DNA of 64,000 bases from Lepidodermella squamata (GCA_047495785.1 JBLDXI010000017.1:1116001-1180000), one strand, 5' to 3'; positions 46,501 through 59,742 are shown, counted from the stretch's first letter. Numbers and translations are program-made. The notes: generated by a model from the letters alone, not told the origin.

Positions 46501-49500
46501 GTTTCAGTCAAAAGGCTATGTTGGCTACGAAAACCGTTTTTACACTGGCTCATAGACACGGTGATGTCTTACGCGATGGCTGGCGCAACATTCTCGATAC
46601 GATGTGCCGTCTTCACGCCGCCCAGCTTCTGCCACCTGAACTCGAGGAAGTCGAAGATTTCGTCTCAGATACTGGTCGCATTTCAATCGCACCGACTTCC
46701 GGGCTCAATAAGGGCCAGAATGACCCCGGTGGTGGCAGTGTTTTCACCTCGTTTTTCAACTACATCACAGCTGGGTCTTCTGCTTCGGGTTCAGATCCTC
46801 ACCAAAATTTATCGCCTGAAGAAAGAGAAGCGATCAGTCTCGCCAGGGCCTGTGTGACGGAGTGTCACCTCGAGTTGTTGTTGCAAGACACGAAATTTCT
46901 TCGGCTGGCATCGCTGCACGAGTTGATGAAAGCCTTAGTGCGAGCCATGATTGACCAGGAAACGTCAACTGGCGCACCAAACTACTCCGGCGACGATGTT
47001 TTCTACCTGGAACTTCTCATTCGAGTAGTCCTTCAGAATCGCGATCGCATTGCGAATATTTGGCCGATGGTTCGCGACTGCTTGTTCACGTGCATTTTGC
47101 GGTCCACGGTCAATGTCTCGCACCAGCCGGTTCAGCAGAATCTCGACGGGTCTAACGGCCATCAACCGTCTGCTTCGTTTGTTGTCCAACGGGCTGTGGT
47201 TGGCCTTCTTCGCCTTGCTGTTCGCCTAATGCGGCGAGAGGAGGTAGGTGGTTAAGATTTACCGCAAAATGTTTGTAAAGAAAAAATGCAATCAAAATGT
47301 TGAAGAATTATGTTATTTATTCAGTCTTATCAAAATTACAGAAATTTAGCGCTTGCGCCCGTTAATGTTTCCAGTTCAGTTTGATATTCCGATTTGATGG
47401 CAAATTATCTCGAATAACTATGTCGAAAAATGAACACGTATCACGCATGTATCAAGTTACGAATTTCTTTAAAATAGCCGCGTATTTGCAATTAGAGCCG
47501 ACTGAAAAGACGCTTTTTGATGGGAGTGCGTGAAATTATTGTCTGACAGAAGCAAGGGGGATTTGGCGATTTGCTCCTTCTGCACGTCTTCTCATTGAAA
47601 CCCGGTTGATTAAATCCTTTAGCACCCAAATCACAAAGTTTGATGCCGAAAAAACCAGCGCTCCATACGCTGCTACAATCTGCTGTATTATCGGCGATGA
47701 CGCCGTGAAGCCCACGACTGCCGTACAAATCATTAGGGTAGTTGCGTTAATTAGGGAGATTATAATCGCGTTATGCTCTCGACACGTCGCTCGTACCCGG
47801 AAGCGAATTAGTACAGCTTTCAATCGGCAGGCGTGGAAAGCAGCTACAAAAACCAGCGCGAATTGTAAAACCGCGAAAAATAGAACGAGTTCAACACCAT
47901 GAGCGACGCCGCATTCGAAGCTGTGGACATCGAAACGCGTGTCCGAAACTGGGTCATAGCGCTGATGACTTGCATCTGTCCTAAAATCGCATTTAAACGA
48001 ATCGCAGATGAGCCAAATAATTATGATTATCAGGCAAATTCCCGAGAATGCGAGACTCTGTAAAGCCACTGGCTTGGAGCAACCATCCTCCAAATCAGTC
48101 AGCTGATTTTTGATTCCTTGAATTTGGGATTTCAAACGAGAAATGCTGCTCCGTAAACCACGCATCTTTGGAGGCCTTAGTGAGCGCAATTTCTCCACCT
48201 CAGCTATGAATAATCTAATCGCCCGGAAACAGATTATGCCATTGATCAGTGAAATAAAGCCTACAAAAATCAGGGCTCGAGCGACTTGAGTGAATAACGT
48301 TGTTTCTGCCAGCGATAGGATGGGGAAAGTATTTAACCCAAGACAGCATGTGATTCCGAATATTTTTAGTCGCTTAGCCGGGCCCAACACGTCTGCTCGT
48401 AGTGCCCATGCGACGGTCAAAATATCTGCCAGCGAAATAGCGGAAATCGATGCGATTATTGAAATGGCTATATTCACTGGCACTTCGTCGGTTGCAGTCA
48501 AAGTGAGCGCGCGGTCCCGAGGTCTTGGTCCGAACCAGTTTTCCCAATTAAGCATACTTTTTACAATATTTATTTCGTCATTCTTCGTTGTGGCGTAGTA
48601 ATTGGTCACGAATTCGCTTCCGTTCCAGCGCATGAACGTAACCATATCGTGGTCGAAGTTTCCGTCTTTGCTGAATCCTAGATGACTCCTCAGCCCAGAT
48701 CGGTTGATATGCAAGACTGATTCGTTCATCAGCTTTCCGATAAGTTTGCCATGCATTTTAGAATCATATAGGGTCAAGTTGTACTCCCGCTTCAATTTCA
48801 TATCCGTCTCATGAAGGGCGAATAGGCCAATTATTGCAGCATCGTGACACATATACGATACGTAATTTTCTGCTACTGAGGAGCCGGTCTTTCTGGAAAC
48901 AAGTTTTTCGAATCCATCTATCGTAAATCCCAGCTCAGATTTTCTAGTCCGATCGAAGATTGAGAATATCTGACTGGCGAAAATGACACTGTTGAACTGT
49001 GTTGCAATTATTTCTCGAGAACATTGTAGGTCTTCCTGGGAAATAAGATCGGGAGGGAGAGCATTGAATCCATCCATAATAAAAACGTAGCGTGCTCCTG
49101 TCATCCCATGTTGATAAGCTAGGCATAGAAACTTCCACACAGCTGACCCGCCGCTTATTGGAACGAAAAGAATCCGTAGATCGTAATTCACCATTTCTAC
49201 CATTACATCTTCGTTGATATCAAGAACAGCGTTGAAATAAGGAACACTTGTGTTGAACTCTTTGGCATATCGATAGGCGTGAGTAGCCGTTAGATAGTCG
49301 TAAGCGTTCGTGGCCAACGTGATGATTCCGAAGCGAGACCAGAGCCCGGTTTCCTTGATGAATTTAACATAAGCGCGGGCTGCTACGTCACTTGGTAAAA
49401 CTATCATGTACATGTTAGGGGTTACCAAATGATTGGCGAGAACAGAAGAGCCGCAAGCAAAGCAGATTCCCACAGAATCGAAGTGATGCAATACCCTTCC

Positions 49501-52500
49501 AAGCGTTATAGATCCTGCTGAAAAGAATCCGCTCATTACGAATGGGGCTTGAATTTCAGATGTTGCCCCCTGAATGTAATTCATGAAATTTTCGAGGGGC
49601 GAATAGCCGATTGATGGATCTCTTTCTTCGCGCCATTGGATTACGATGTCGTAATCAGGCAGTATGTCTGATCTGTTGTTAATCGCGTCGATTACAATTT
49701 GCGTCGCAGCCTGGCATGTTCGAGCATAGCGGCCTGGTGACATTCCTAGAACGTTGAGTTTAAATGTATTGGTTGCTGCAGCTCCGGGCACAACCATGAG
49801 TATTAGGATAAAAGCTCTCATTGCCATCAGTTAGAAGATAACATTTCGAATAAACTTGTTTGGTAATGCGCAAAAAGCTTATTCTTGCATGTTTTTTCTT
49901 GCGTAATTAGCCTTGATGTAACTTGAGCTTGAAGGGCGGAGTCGTTGAGCTCATAGCTTTAGGGAAAGCTATGGGGTGAGAATATGGCGCTCTGTCTCTG
50001 CTTTTAATTTTGCCGACTTCGGACTTACTATTTTTAGGAGTGAAATTGAACTAAACCTAATTTGACTGAGCCGGTGATAATTTGAGACGTGGCAAGCGAT
50101 TTCCGCCCTATTTAGTGATCTGACAGCAGTGGCGATATATCGTTATTATTGCGCAACCATCACATTTCAGATGACTGAAGATAAAATAGGGCCGAAATAG
50201 CTTGCCACGAAAAATAGCAAGTCCGAAATCCGGGGTTAACGTTTGTAAAAATCAAATCAGAGATAGGGCGTCTTTCTTTGGGGGGTAATCGACCTTTGAA
50301 TCTTTATCGACCCAAGCAAATTGTTGACCCCCTGTTTTTATTGCAGATTCGGATTTAGCGCTTCGAATTAGGGTACCCCTCCCAAACTGTTTTGTTTGAA
50401 AGCTGAAATTTTGATCGCACCTGGGCAACACGTAAATTAACAAGTAGTTGATCTGTTTCTGGGACGTTTCGTTTTTCGAAATTTCTGAGCTTCCGTTGGA
50501 TCTATCCTATTCCGTAAAAGAATCGACGTATTGCCCATGATATGGCGCATCTTTTGACACCAAGCTTGCCTAGTCTCGTGTACACCTGGCGCAGGTTATA
50601 TTTATCGACCTGAAAAAGGACATTTACTCAAATGGCTCGCGTACCCCGGTCATTTTTTGAAGGTTGAACGTCATAAAATTCTCAGTATTTCATTTAGTAA
50701 TTGCACGACAATTGATTCCACGAAGCAATATTTTGCAGTAGAGAGTTAATAAGTTTCTGATTTATTGCGCTTTTACCGAACATTAATAAAGCTCTAACAC
50801 TAGTAAGTTAGTCCTGGTTAGTTTCAATTTAGGTAACAAAATAATCAAATTCTAATTCAGTTTTCATAACTTTCTATAAAAAAATTAAAATTGAATGGTA
50901 TTTTATTGACTCATCTTTGTTTTTTGAAAGATTGGCCAACACGTCGTTCAGTCACTCCGCATCTTGTTGTTGCTTTCATCGCCCGTTCGGCGTCAAGTCG
51001 CCGAACAAATCAGCTTCGGTCTTTATGACCTCGTGCAGACGAATGCGGCCGTGGCCGGTCAGCTGCCGACGGACGCATGGCGCCTGGTCTTTCAATTGCT
51101 ACAGATTTTCGGCGCCGGAATCGAGCCGCCCTACGAATGGACGCGTGGCCTGTTGTCCGAACTCGAGCAAGACTCTGTTTTCGCGAACATGCTCGACCAC
51201 GCCGTGCTGCCAAACCCCGTCGCCAACCCGGAACCGTCTTCCGCCCTCCCACCGCCCAACATTCCATCAAACATCACGCTGTCTTCCTTGCCCGCTAATC
51301 AGTTCACAATTCGTGTCGACGTAAAATTTGCCTATCACAATCCGCGTGCGTTTTTCCAGTGCGCGGAGGCTCTGACCTTCCTTATTCGCGATGGCTCGGC
51401 TGTTACGCTTCAAAACGCATCCGTCGCCGTTTGGTGTCTCAGAATCTTCATCGAAGCCGCTATTAATGGCGCAGAACAGGCGATGCACAATCGTGGTCAA
51501 CAGGGTAATCAGGTAAAATGTTATGCAATAATTTTGGCTAACCTTAATTTTTTAATCGACTTTAAAATGAAAAATGTATTCCCATTAATCATTCAAATGG
51601 CCGTGCTGGCTTTGATTCCATAATCGCACAGAAGCTTTACGGCTTCTGTTGTCAGGGATCCGCGGGCACCGTTTTTGGTCATTAAGACACGCTTGCTCGC
51701 GGCGGAAAATTAGCGCGCAAACTCGGAATAGAAAATTACTTATTACCCTGGGCAAATTATGCTCGATCCTCTAATACCCTGGTTTGAAGATCCTGAGTTA
51801 ACCCATTTGCTGGCTCCATACAAAACATCTGTGCTAGCAGGGCGAGTCAAAGTTTTGGGCTCAATCGAAGGCCACACTGGGAGGAGCGTGGAGGATCGAG
51901 GTGACATCTGAGCCACCGACAACAACCATGACTGATGGTGTGGGAGCTAGCTTCCTTCACCCCTTCAACCCGTTTGCAATCCTTTGCTATATTTGTTATG
52001 GCGATGTCGTCCAATACCAGCTTTTCATTCTTCTTGAATGGAGAAGTGATAAATATTTTTCTCGACAAGGCTTCGACGGTGCCAATGCCGAACCATGGAT
52101 CGCACGGGCGAACGCGTTTCCTTGCGAAATTGACATAGCAATCGCTTCTGTTTTTTGGATTTCAGGCCTTTCCCCATACCAGCAAACAGCAAAACGGCCT
52201 TGTTGCCGCGGATAAACCGAGGAAGCTGGAATCAATTGAATCAATTGAACTATATTGAAGCATACCGAAAACATATTCCCATACGTAATGGCTATCTCTT
52301 CACCAGGAAGGATATCCCTATCTGCTTTGAACTTGACTAGAGTGTCACAGCCAGGGATTGCAATGGTGTTGGGTTGGCAGTCGTGGTTGGCGAACGATGC
52401 CGGCCCCAACCAAAGAAAGTAACGTTTTTTGCGCGCCAAATACCTGTTCAAATCTATTGAAACGAGGAAAGACACTTGGCAGTTTAGATAATTGAGAAAT

Positions 52501-54527
52501 CGTTCATATCCTTCTTGATTCAATCGTCGAAATCTTTGTCAACTAACTGTGCCGAAGATGAAACGAGATGTTCGATTATACAATCTTTGATAATATAGCC
52601 TTTCGCCACAACTCGTGAACCTCCGACTTCTCCGAAACGGTTGCACGGCTGCATACATCGATTTTTTGTTGCCTTCAGTCGACTTCTCATCGCGTTGAGG
52701 TTCGCGGAGAATGGCTCGGAATTCCTTGGGTAGTTCGATCAAGCCGTTGTCTCGCCTCGGAGGATCAAAAGACTTCAGCTTGAGGATATCGCGGCCAACG
52801 TCAATGACGTTATCGCGACTCTGGGTAAATTCGTAGAATTTCTGGCCGACGACATTGCTATGACCAAGGGTTCTATTTAGCTGCTTCAAATTTTGCCCTC
52901 AATTCGCAGCAACAAGCCCAGCCTCGAATTTCTCCTCCATTTGGAATTTTCGCATTCATTGTAGCTTGGAAATTACAGAAACAGCCAGATTTAAACGAAG
53001 CCAGCATGTCATAGAAGGTTTCAAAGTCGGAGTGCTGAAACATTTTCTTCTTCTTTATCAAAAAGTCGATAATAAAGTGCTGAAGTATAGTGCTGTAGTG
53101 CTCGCGTTTCCAGCGCCCGAGTAGCTCTGGTTGACTGCTTGGGCCGATTTTTCTTTAATACTTGGGAAAAAATGAATTTTGAGATTTTAAGGTGGATTTT
53201 TGTTTTCATAATTTTTTATTATATTCCAATTCAACAGGGAAAAGACGCCAAACGCTGGCGAGCCCAATCAAAGAGCGGTGCGACATCGCCTCAAAGCGGT
53301 TCAATCGACTCGGACGACGAATCGGACCAGTTATCATCAGCCTATCAAAACATCGCGCTGCAGCTTCTCGATCTGGTGAACGCTCTTCACACTCGAATCG
53401 TCAAAATTTACACGGCATCAACGCCAGCGAACGACGAGTTGATGAACCGAATGTGGACCGATTGTTGGCTGCCTTTATTGCAATCGACAGCTCGATTGTG
53501 CTGCGATCGCAGGCGGCAAGTTCGGGCTCACGCGTTGACCTACCTTCAGCGGTCACTGCTTCATCCAGATCTTCAATTTTTGACATCTCACCACTGGGAA
53601 CACGCCTTCAACGCTGTTTTATTCCCGCTATTAGCTGCGTTATTGCAAGCCGGTCGGCAGGCTCAAGGTCTGGAGGAGGCGCGAGTCAGAGCTTGTGCTC
53701 AGATATTGCCAAAAGTTTTCCTCCAACATTTGGCTGCGCTGTATCGGTTGACAACTTTCACAGCGTTGTGGTTAACAATTCTCGATTTTATGGATTGCTA
53801 CTACAAATTGAATGTCGATCCGTTGTCCGAGGCAATCACTGAGTCGTTGAAGAACATTCTACTCGTCATGGAAACCAGTGGGGTCCTTCAATTGGGTGAT
53901 GAGTCATCGCAGTTACTCAAACTCACATGGGACCGTTTGCAGCTGTTCCTACCTCATTTGAAGTCGGAGCTGTGCGTGAAAGCCCCGGCGCAAGTCTCAT
54001 CGCCTACTGTGCAACAAGTTCCGTTTCCTGGCGATGAGGCGGCATCAGCTGCCCAAACAGTACCAGTTGACATGCAGCAGCAACCACAGGTATTTAAAAA
54101 ACTTCAGAAACGTTTTGACGGAAAACTTTTGGGACTACCCAAAATTTCCCTAATCAGCAACTGTTTTCGTCATCAAATTTTCGCTTGAATCGTTTGGAGA
54201 AACTTTGGTCTCATTGATTTTTAATTTTTAATTCAATATTAAGGTGGATTTTATCATTTTAATTTTTTAATAAATTTTTTGTGAATTAAGGCTATTGCAT
54301 CGAGTCCACCGCCATCTCAACACATCAACCCGCTGTTGGCAGGTGCGGCTAATGGCTACGAGTCGTCGTCATGCATGTCGCCGGAGCCGCATGCGGTCAC
54401 GATGTTTTCGGTGCCATCATCGCCTAGTTTGGTCGAGCAGGCGGCAGCGTGTCAATCGCCCGCACCGGCGGTCGAGTCTCAGCAGCAACAAGCTGTCCCG
54501 CAACAACAGGAACAACCATCGTCTTGA
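43570..54527 (+). CDS. GBF1: Golgi brefeldin A-resistant Arf-GEF
   Basis: DCB (PFLDCIRSEETSGPITALAL), HUS (ELYINYDC), Sec7 (FRLPGEA...IMLNTDQHN) and HDS domains. Exons 43570-46303, 46474-47243, 50931-51512, 53238-54089 and 54291-54527. Confidence 0.95.
47536..49827 (-). CDS. Divergent class C GPCR (GABA-B-receptor-like: Venus flytrap plus 7TM), intronless, nested in a GBF1 intron
   Basis: Signal peptide, ANF-receptor-like INNRSDILPDYDI, GMTGARYVFI and HDAA motifs, PRDR linker without a cysteine-rich domain, then about 7 hydrophobic helices. Confidence 0.85.
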   Translation of the reverse strand: MAMRAFILILMVVPGAAATNTFKLNVLGMSPGRYARTCQAATQIVIDAINNRSDILPDYDIVIQWREERDPSIGYSPLENFMNYIQGATSEIQAPFVMSGFFSAGSITLGRVLHHFDSVGICFACGSSVLANHLVTPNMYMIVLPSDVAARAYVKFIKETGLWSRFGIITLATNAYDYLTATHAYRYAKEFNTSVPYFNAVLDINEDVMVEMVNYDLRILFVPISGGSAVWKFLCLAYQHGMTGARYVFIMDGFNALPPDLISQEDLQCSREIIATQFNSVIFASQIFSIFDRTRKSELGFTIDGFEKLVSRKTGSSVAENYVSYMCHDAAIIGLFALHETDMKLKREYNLTLYDSKMHGKLIGKLMNESVLHINRSGLRSHLGFSKDGNFDHDMVTFMRWNGSEFVTNYYATTKNDEINIVKSMLNWENWFGPRPRDRALTLTATDEVPVNIAISIIASISAISLADILTVAWALRADVLGPAKRLKIFGITCCLGLNTFPILSLAETTLFTQVARALIFVGFISLINGIICFRAIRLFIAEVEKLRSLRPPKMRGLRSSISRLKSQIQGIKNQLTDLEDGCSKPVALQSLAFSGICLIIIIIWLICDSFKCDFRTDASHQRYDPVSDTRFDVHSFECGVAHGVELVLFFAVLQFALVFVAAFHACRLKAVLIRFRVRATCREHNAIIISLINATTLMICTAVVGFTASSPIIQQIVAAYGALVFSASNFVIWVLKDLINRVSMRRRAEGANRQIPLASVRQ
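50015..50230. repeat. MITE-like inverted repeat with an interrupted left arm
   Basis: TTCGGACTTACTATTTTT...CGTGGCAAGCGATTTCCGCCCTATTT is near-complementary to AAATAGGGCCGAAATAGCTTGCCACG-AAAAATAGCAAGTCCGAA. Confidence 0.7.
51996..52889 (-). pseudogene. SUV4-20 (KMT5B/C)-like SET-domain pseudogene nested in a GBF1 intron
   Basis: QPCNRF..GSRVVAK...IEHLV, MNDFSI and [16 protein letters not shown]...RDILPGEEIAITYG motifs. In-frame TGA at 52520-52522, and an apparent intron 52444-52487 that starts CT instead of GT. Confidence 0.7.
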
Positions 54528-55238
54528 AGCGACTCAACGAAAGTATTCGCTCGTCGTCTCATGGTTATATATAGACCTCTCTCCATGTCAGTCATTTTCT
54601 GGAGGAAAAACAGAAACATGGAAAACACAGGTGATCTGGGTGCATTACAGGCGCTTTTTATGTTCGAAAAAACGGAAAAATATGTAAAACAAACTGGTCG
54701 TGGTGATTTCATGGTGTTGTGGTCATTTATTCTGAAAAGCAAAGCTTGAAGTCAGTGTAATATCAACAAAAATTGTCATTCCTTTTTGTGTTTTACTGCG
54801 TGAAAGAAGTAAAATATCAAATAATAAAATGCACTTCTGAAAAATTTATTGTGGAATGAAAAATATTATATGGGCTATATTCTTGTAAACTCGTCGAGAA
54901 AATCAGCGACCAATTGAAGAAAAACTGGACGAAAAATATTTCGGAATTATCTATTGTTATGATTTAATTTATCTGTGACTTGATGCAAAACTTAATATTA
55001 AAATGTGTACTAACTCCAGCTATTATCATGTGCTTGCTCCGGAATATCTATGATTTAAATGAAAATTAATAACTTATATAACATGTAAAAGGCCGAATAC
55101 CGAGGGCATGTCGCATATATAAACGTTATACTTGTCAAGCGAATGAAAGATGATAAATTATAATGATCTATTCCAGCGAATAAATCGCAGAATTTGATGA
55201 ATTTTTTCATTTTCCTAGCTGGTTAATTTATTTTTTAA

Positions 55239-58200
55239 ATGGCGGAACAGCGAGATTTTATTGGTAACTGGATTAAACGTAAGCACCATTGTACGATATC
55301 TTCAAGTCGTTAAATTTTCAATTTGTTTGCAGTAAATCCTGATTTACAACCTCACAAAGTGGGTTATGAGGACGTACTAAAGCTAAAAAATGCTACCCAA
55401 TCAGGAGCGTTTAAACTGGCTCCGGTCCTACCGCCACTTCAAGCAAACTCGGCTAGCGAAATTCGAACGCGTGTTTTAACCAGCCAAAGGATTCAAAACG
55501 CCGTTGAACTGGTAAGGAAATTTTAATTACCTATAATAGACATTTTTTGCATACAATTTCTATTGACAGTTATCTGCCTCTTTGAAAAAGCCAGCGAAAG
55601 AAATTGTAGAAATAGCTGGGGCGAATTATGACTCGATGGCGGCAAATTTAGACCCGTTAGCCACTCGGTCATTGTTTTTCCTCATCGCGCCTGTGATCAA
55701 CAAGATGTTCGCCCACATTTTTGTGAATGTCAAATCGCTCGACAGCATTCGAGAGGCCATGCATAGACACCCTGTTGTTTTGCTACCTAGCCACAAAAGC
55801 TACCTCGATTTTATCCTACTCGATATCGCCCTTTATATTTGTGGTATGTTTATTTTTTATTGAAAAATTTACAAAACTTGAGCATATTTTTTCGTTTTTT
55901 CAAGATCTGCCACTCCCGACCATAGCTGCTGCGACTGATTTCACCTCAATGAAAGTTGTTGGCGAGTGGCTGCGGCGCTGTGGCGCTTTTTTCGTCCAAC
56001 GCGGCACTGGAAATGCGGCAAATTTAGTCACAACTTCAATAAACGACTGCGCCGATGACTCGAAATGCATTGTTCGGCCTTTATTGGTTGTTTCCGAGGG
56101 CCAAAATCAAAAAGCTGATGATTGGAAATATGTTGCCGCCGATTACCTTCATCGAGCGATTTTAGCCGAATATATTCACCAGCTGGTGGTCTATGGCCGA
56201 CATCGTTTTCTCGAATTTTTCATCGAAGGTATGCGTTGAGAAAACCGAAAAGAAATGACTAGGAAAAAGTCATTATTTTTTAGGAAAAAGATCACGCACC
56301 GGAAAAGCGTGTCCTCCAAAGCGAGGCCTATTGAATTCGATAGCTGAAGCTTATCTACATGGCGACGTGGACGATATCTACCTGTGCCCAGTTTCGATCT
56401 GCTACGACCGATTTCTCGAAGAAACATTGTACGCTCGTGAGCTGCTCGGCACCCCAAAGCCAAAAGAATCGACGATGGGCCTGCTGCAATCGGTTCGAAC
56501 GATTATGGCAAACAACTACGGCTCAGTTGTTTTCACATTTGGCGAACCGATTTCTATCCGTGAAAAAGCGACTGGAAAAGTCAATCGCCACTTACATGCC
56601 TTGCACCCAGCTTGGATCGGCGCCCAAACTGTTGGAGAACGCGATTTTCTCGGGGAACTCAGCTTACATATTGTTGATATGCATCATAAATTGACGTCGC
56701 TACCTATTTTCAGCCTAGTAGCTGCTTGTTTAACCGCGAATTCCTGTTCGGAAGTTAGTAGCTGCTCGATGCCGCTGCATAACTTGATAGAAAGAGTCGC
56801 TTTTCTTGTTAATCTACTCACTGCCTCGCATACATCAGCTTCTCTATCGCTATCTCACTCACTCGATGCGGCGATTTTCGAAGTTTTACGCCTTCATTCG
56901 AATATTTTGGCGCTGAAGAAAGAAGACGGTTCAGTTGCGGTTAGGACTGATGTTCATGACGAAGAATCCGCCTTAATTTGCATGGTGCAACTCGGCATCT
57001 ACCGCAATCAGTCGATGTTCGCGTTATTCCCAATGGCTGCTGTTGCGCAATCAATCACGAGCCTGCATAAAGAGGGTCAAAACGTTGTATCATACGAAAC
57101 ACTCTTCAGAAAATACGCCTTCCTAGTGCAAGTTTTACGAACTGAGTTCGTTTCGAGTGAAAATTTCGGTCATGAAGCGGTTTTATTGGCGGCTTTCGAG
57201 AGAACTGTTGCGTCCATGGTTGATAGCCATTTGTTGTTCAAGGCGAGGCCTGGTCACATTGACGTTCAGAGGTCTGCATCGAGTTCGAAAACGACATTTT
57301 TAGCGCATCTACTTCAGCCCTTTGTTTTCGCGTATTCGGTAAGCATTTTTAACTAATTTTAGTGTAGCTATTTGAACATATATACAGCGTGTCCCTTAAA
57401 ACGCAAGGAAAGAAAATACAGGGAAAAGGGTTCAGAAACTCTAAAATGAGAGACACACACGGAGCGTTCCCGTTCGACCAACTTAATCCGCTCAGCTTCC
57501 CACTCGCTCAACATTTTCGCCCAACTACGCACTCGCCCAACCAATTCGCCCAACTTTAATTTAAAATTTAAATTAATGCTCAAATACACGCACCTGCGCG
57601 TTGTATCACAGATTCAAGGATTATTTAAATCAGTTCACAACGATGGCTCCCGATATTATCTAAGAATTCAACAGTAATTCCCGTTCACCCGGATTAACTG
57701 CGAACGGGAATAATTTGACATGCTGGGACCAAACCCTCTTTCTGGATAATGGACAGGCTCGAACTTTTATCGTTTAACTTCCAAAGCACGCCGTACCTAG
57801 TAGTTGCACGCCCGCAGCGATTGAGAACGCGGTAGTACTGGGTATCCGATTGCGCACTTTGACCATGCGAAGCCGTATGCTGAAAACAGTCTTTCAACGG
57901 TCGAGGCGCTCAATACGATAGCTCCTAACCTAACTCACATAACTCCTCAACGACGATCAACACACGCCCCAAACTCGGAGACTTATCGGAAACGCAGTTT
58001 GAAGCGGTAACATACAAGTCCTCCGATGCAAGGCAGATTTCTAGAGCACGTAGTATTTCGAGGCGCGTAGACCGCTTCAGCCATTAGTACCACACTGCTG
58101 TGAACCTGATAATTACGATAAATTGAGCCACCATTGCGGGGTTTCCTAAAATTCATAGACGACTTTTATCTAATTCCGTTCTATCAGAGCGCGGCCTGCC

Positions 58201-59476
58201 TTAACCCGGCAAGTTATGAACAGTTCCAGACTTGTTGAATTTCTTAACAAGCAGTTGACGATATTTTTTGTTCTGCGGATTACTATCGAATTTATTTCGC
58301 CAAGCGTCGCAAAAAATGTTGCAGGGAACTTTCGAATTATTCAATGCAAAGATAATGTCGGAAGATAATGTCGTTTCAGAAACACTCAGACTCGAGAGAG
58401 CTCATGCTGTCAGTGAAGCTGCACTGTTAAGTTAACTAATTTTGATAGCCGTAGCAAATTGATGAGGGTTACGAAGGCACAGCACAACACCACTCGTTGC
58501 ATTGAGAGCTTCTAACGTCATCTCTCAGCTTCTTTAACTCAGAATTAGTGTAGTCTATACAGAGGCGATCAAACTCTTCAAGCGAGATGGGTTGATCGAA
58601 AGACGAGAGATGAAACAGGAGATCTAATATTGCTTGATGCAAGTAAAATAGTGGAGAACAACGGATAGAAATCAATGCCGAGGAATGAGAAACCCAGCGT
58701 AAAAACAAAACCATTGAAAAACGGAAGTAGACAGAGATCGGCAAACGGCAAATGGAACTATGCATAACGGAAGACGGTTTTTGAAGAGCAAAAGAGAAGA
58801 TCTTTTAGATGCTAAATGAAGATATGAGAAGACAAGTTATTGGATGAAGTCCATAAAGGAAGATATTAATGATAGCGCAGTTGCCGGTCAGGAGCCGTAA
58901 ACGCTGCAGTTAATTTCGTCTTGAAGAGACGTTCGGTTGGAGGGCGAAGAATTTAGCCAATGAGCATGGTAGCAGATTAACCGATCTTTGAGTGTTTTGA
59001 GTGTTTAGAGTTTTATCTTTTGAGCAGCTATAATAATTATAATTTATTTCATTTAGTTGTGCTGTTCATTTTTACTACTTCGAGTCTCGACACCCGCTGT
59101 TCTGCTGCGAAATGGTTCAAATGTTGCTTTGCTCGATCGGCTAGCTTCCAACTCGGGCAAGGTCATTCTTCAACAGGTCCTAGCCCTGACGAAGAGCGGA
59201 TCCCTGCCATCAATCGCCGCATGGTCTGTTTCAAGTGATCTGATTTCAAACGCCCTTGTTAGCTTCGGCGAAATGGGACTCATCGCCAACGGGCACGGGC
59301 GATCTTTGACCATTCAAGCCCAAAAAATGGAGGATGTCAGCGCGCAGCTTGGATCGTTTTTACCAAACTACCTTCCTGCAACCGCTGGGCAGCTTTCAAC
59401 AATCGTATTCACCAATAGCAATCTCGACGTTGAACTTCCGAGAAAGCGGCCTGGGAACGTGCATTCAAAACTGTGA
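55239..59476 (+). CDS. GNPAT: Dihydroxyacetone phosphate acyltransferase (peroxisomal)
   Basis: PVVLLPSHKSYLDF, WLRRCGAFFVQR, EFFIEG(K)RSRTGK, LEETLYARELLGTPKPKES and C-terminal PTS1 SKL. Last intron about 57339-59056. Confidence 0.92.
57385..57447 (+). mobile_element. Tc1/mariner-type TIR fragment (same family as 3653-3717)
   Basis: TA|CAGCGTGTCCCTTAAAACGCAAGGAAAGAAAATACAGGGAAAAGGGTTCAGAAACTCTAAAAT. Confidence 0.6.
58436..58960 (-). pseudogene. NEMP (nuclear envelope integral membrane protein)-like decayed fragment in a GNPAT intron
   Basis: ISLEEFDRLCIDYTNSELKKLRDDVRSSQCNEW, then after a frameshift VVLCLRNPHQFATAIK, resembling the conserved NEMP C-terminal region. Hydrophobic, stop-interrupted segments lie upstream. 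Confidence 0.45.
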
Positions 59477-59742
59477 AAACGCCTTATACTTCGCTTTATG
59501 CTCACTTCAATCGATCTTATAGTTTGTTTTTCTACTCATCGTTTTGCTTTATTGCGCTAGTCTTGTCTTCGCGTTTCTTTAGTTCGCTTCTATGTTTAGT
59601 TTTTGGTGTTGAATCTTAGTGCTTCTATGCTGTTATAACGATCTGAGAAAAACAATGAAAAATTGAAATGAACAAAAGCAGGCGATTTTTTATTTCGAAC
59701 TCCTACTATTTCGGAGAACACCGGAATAATTCATTGAAAAGT

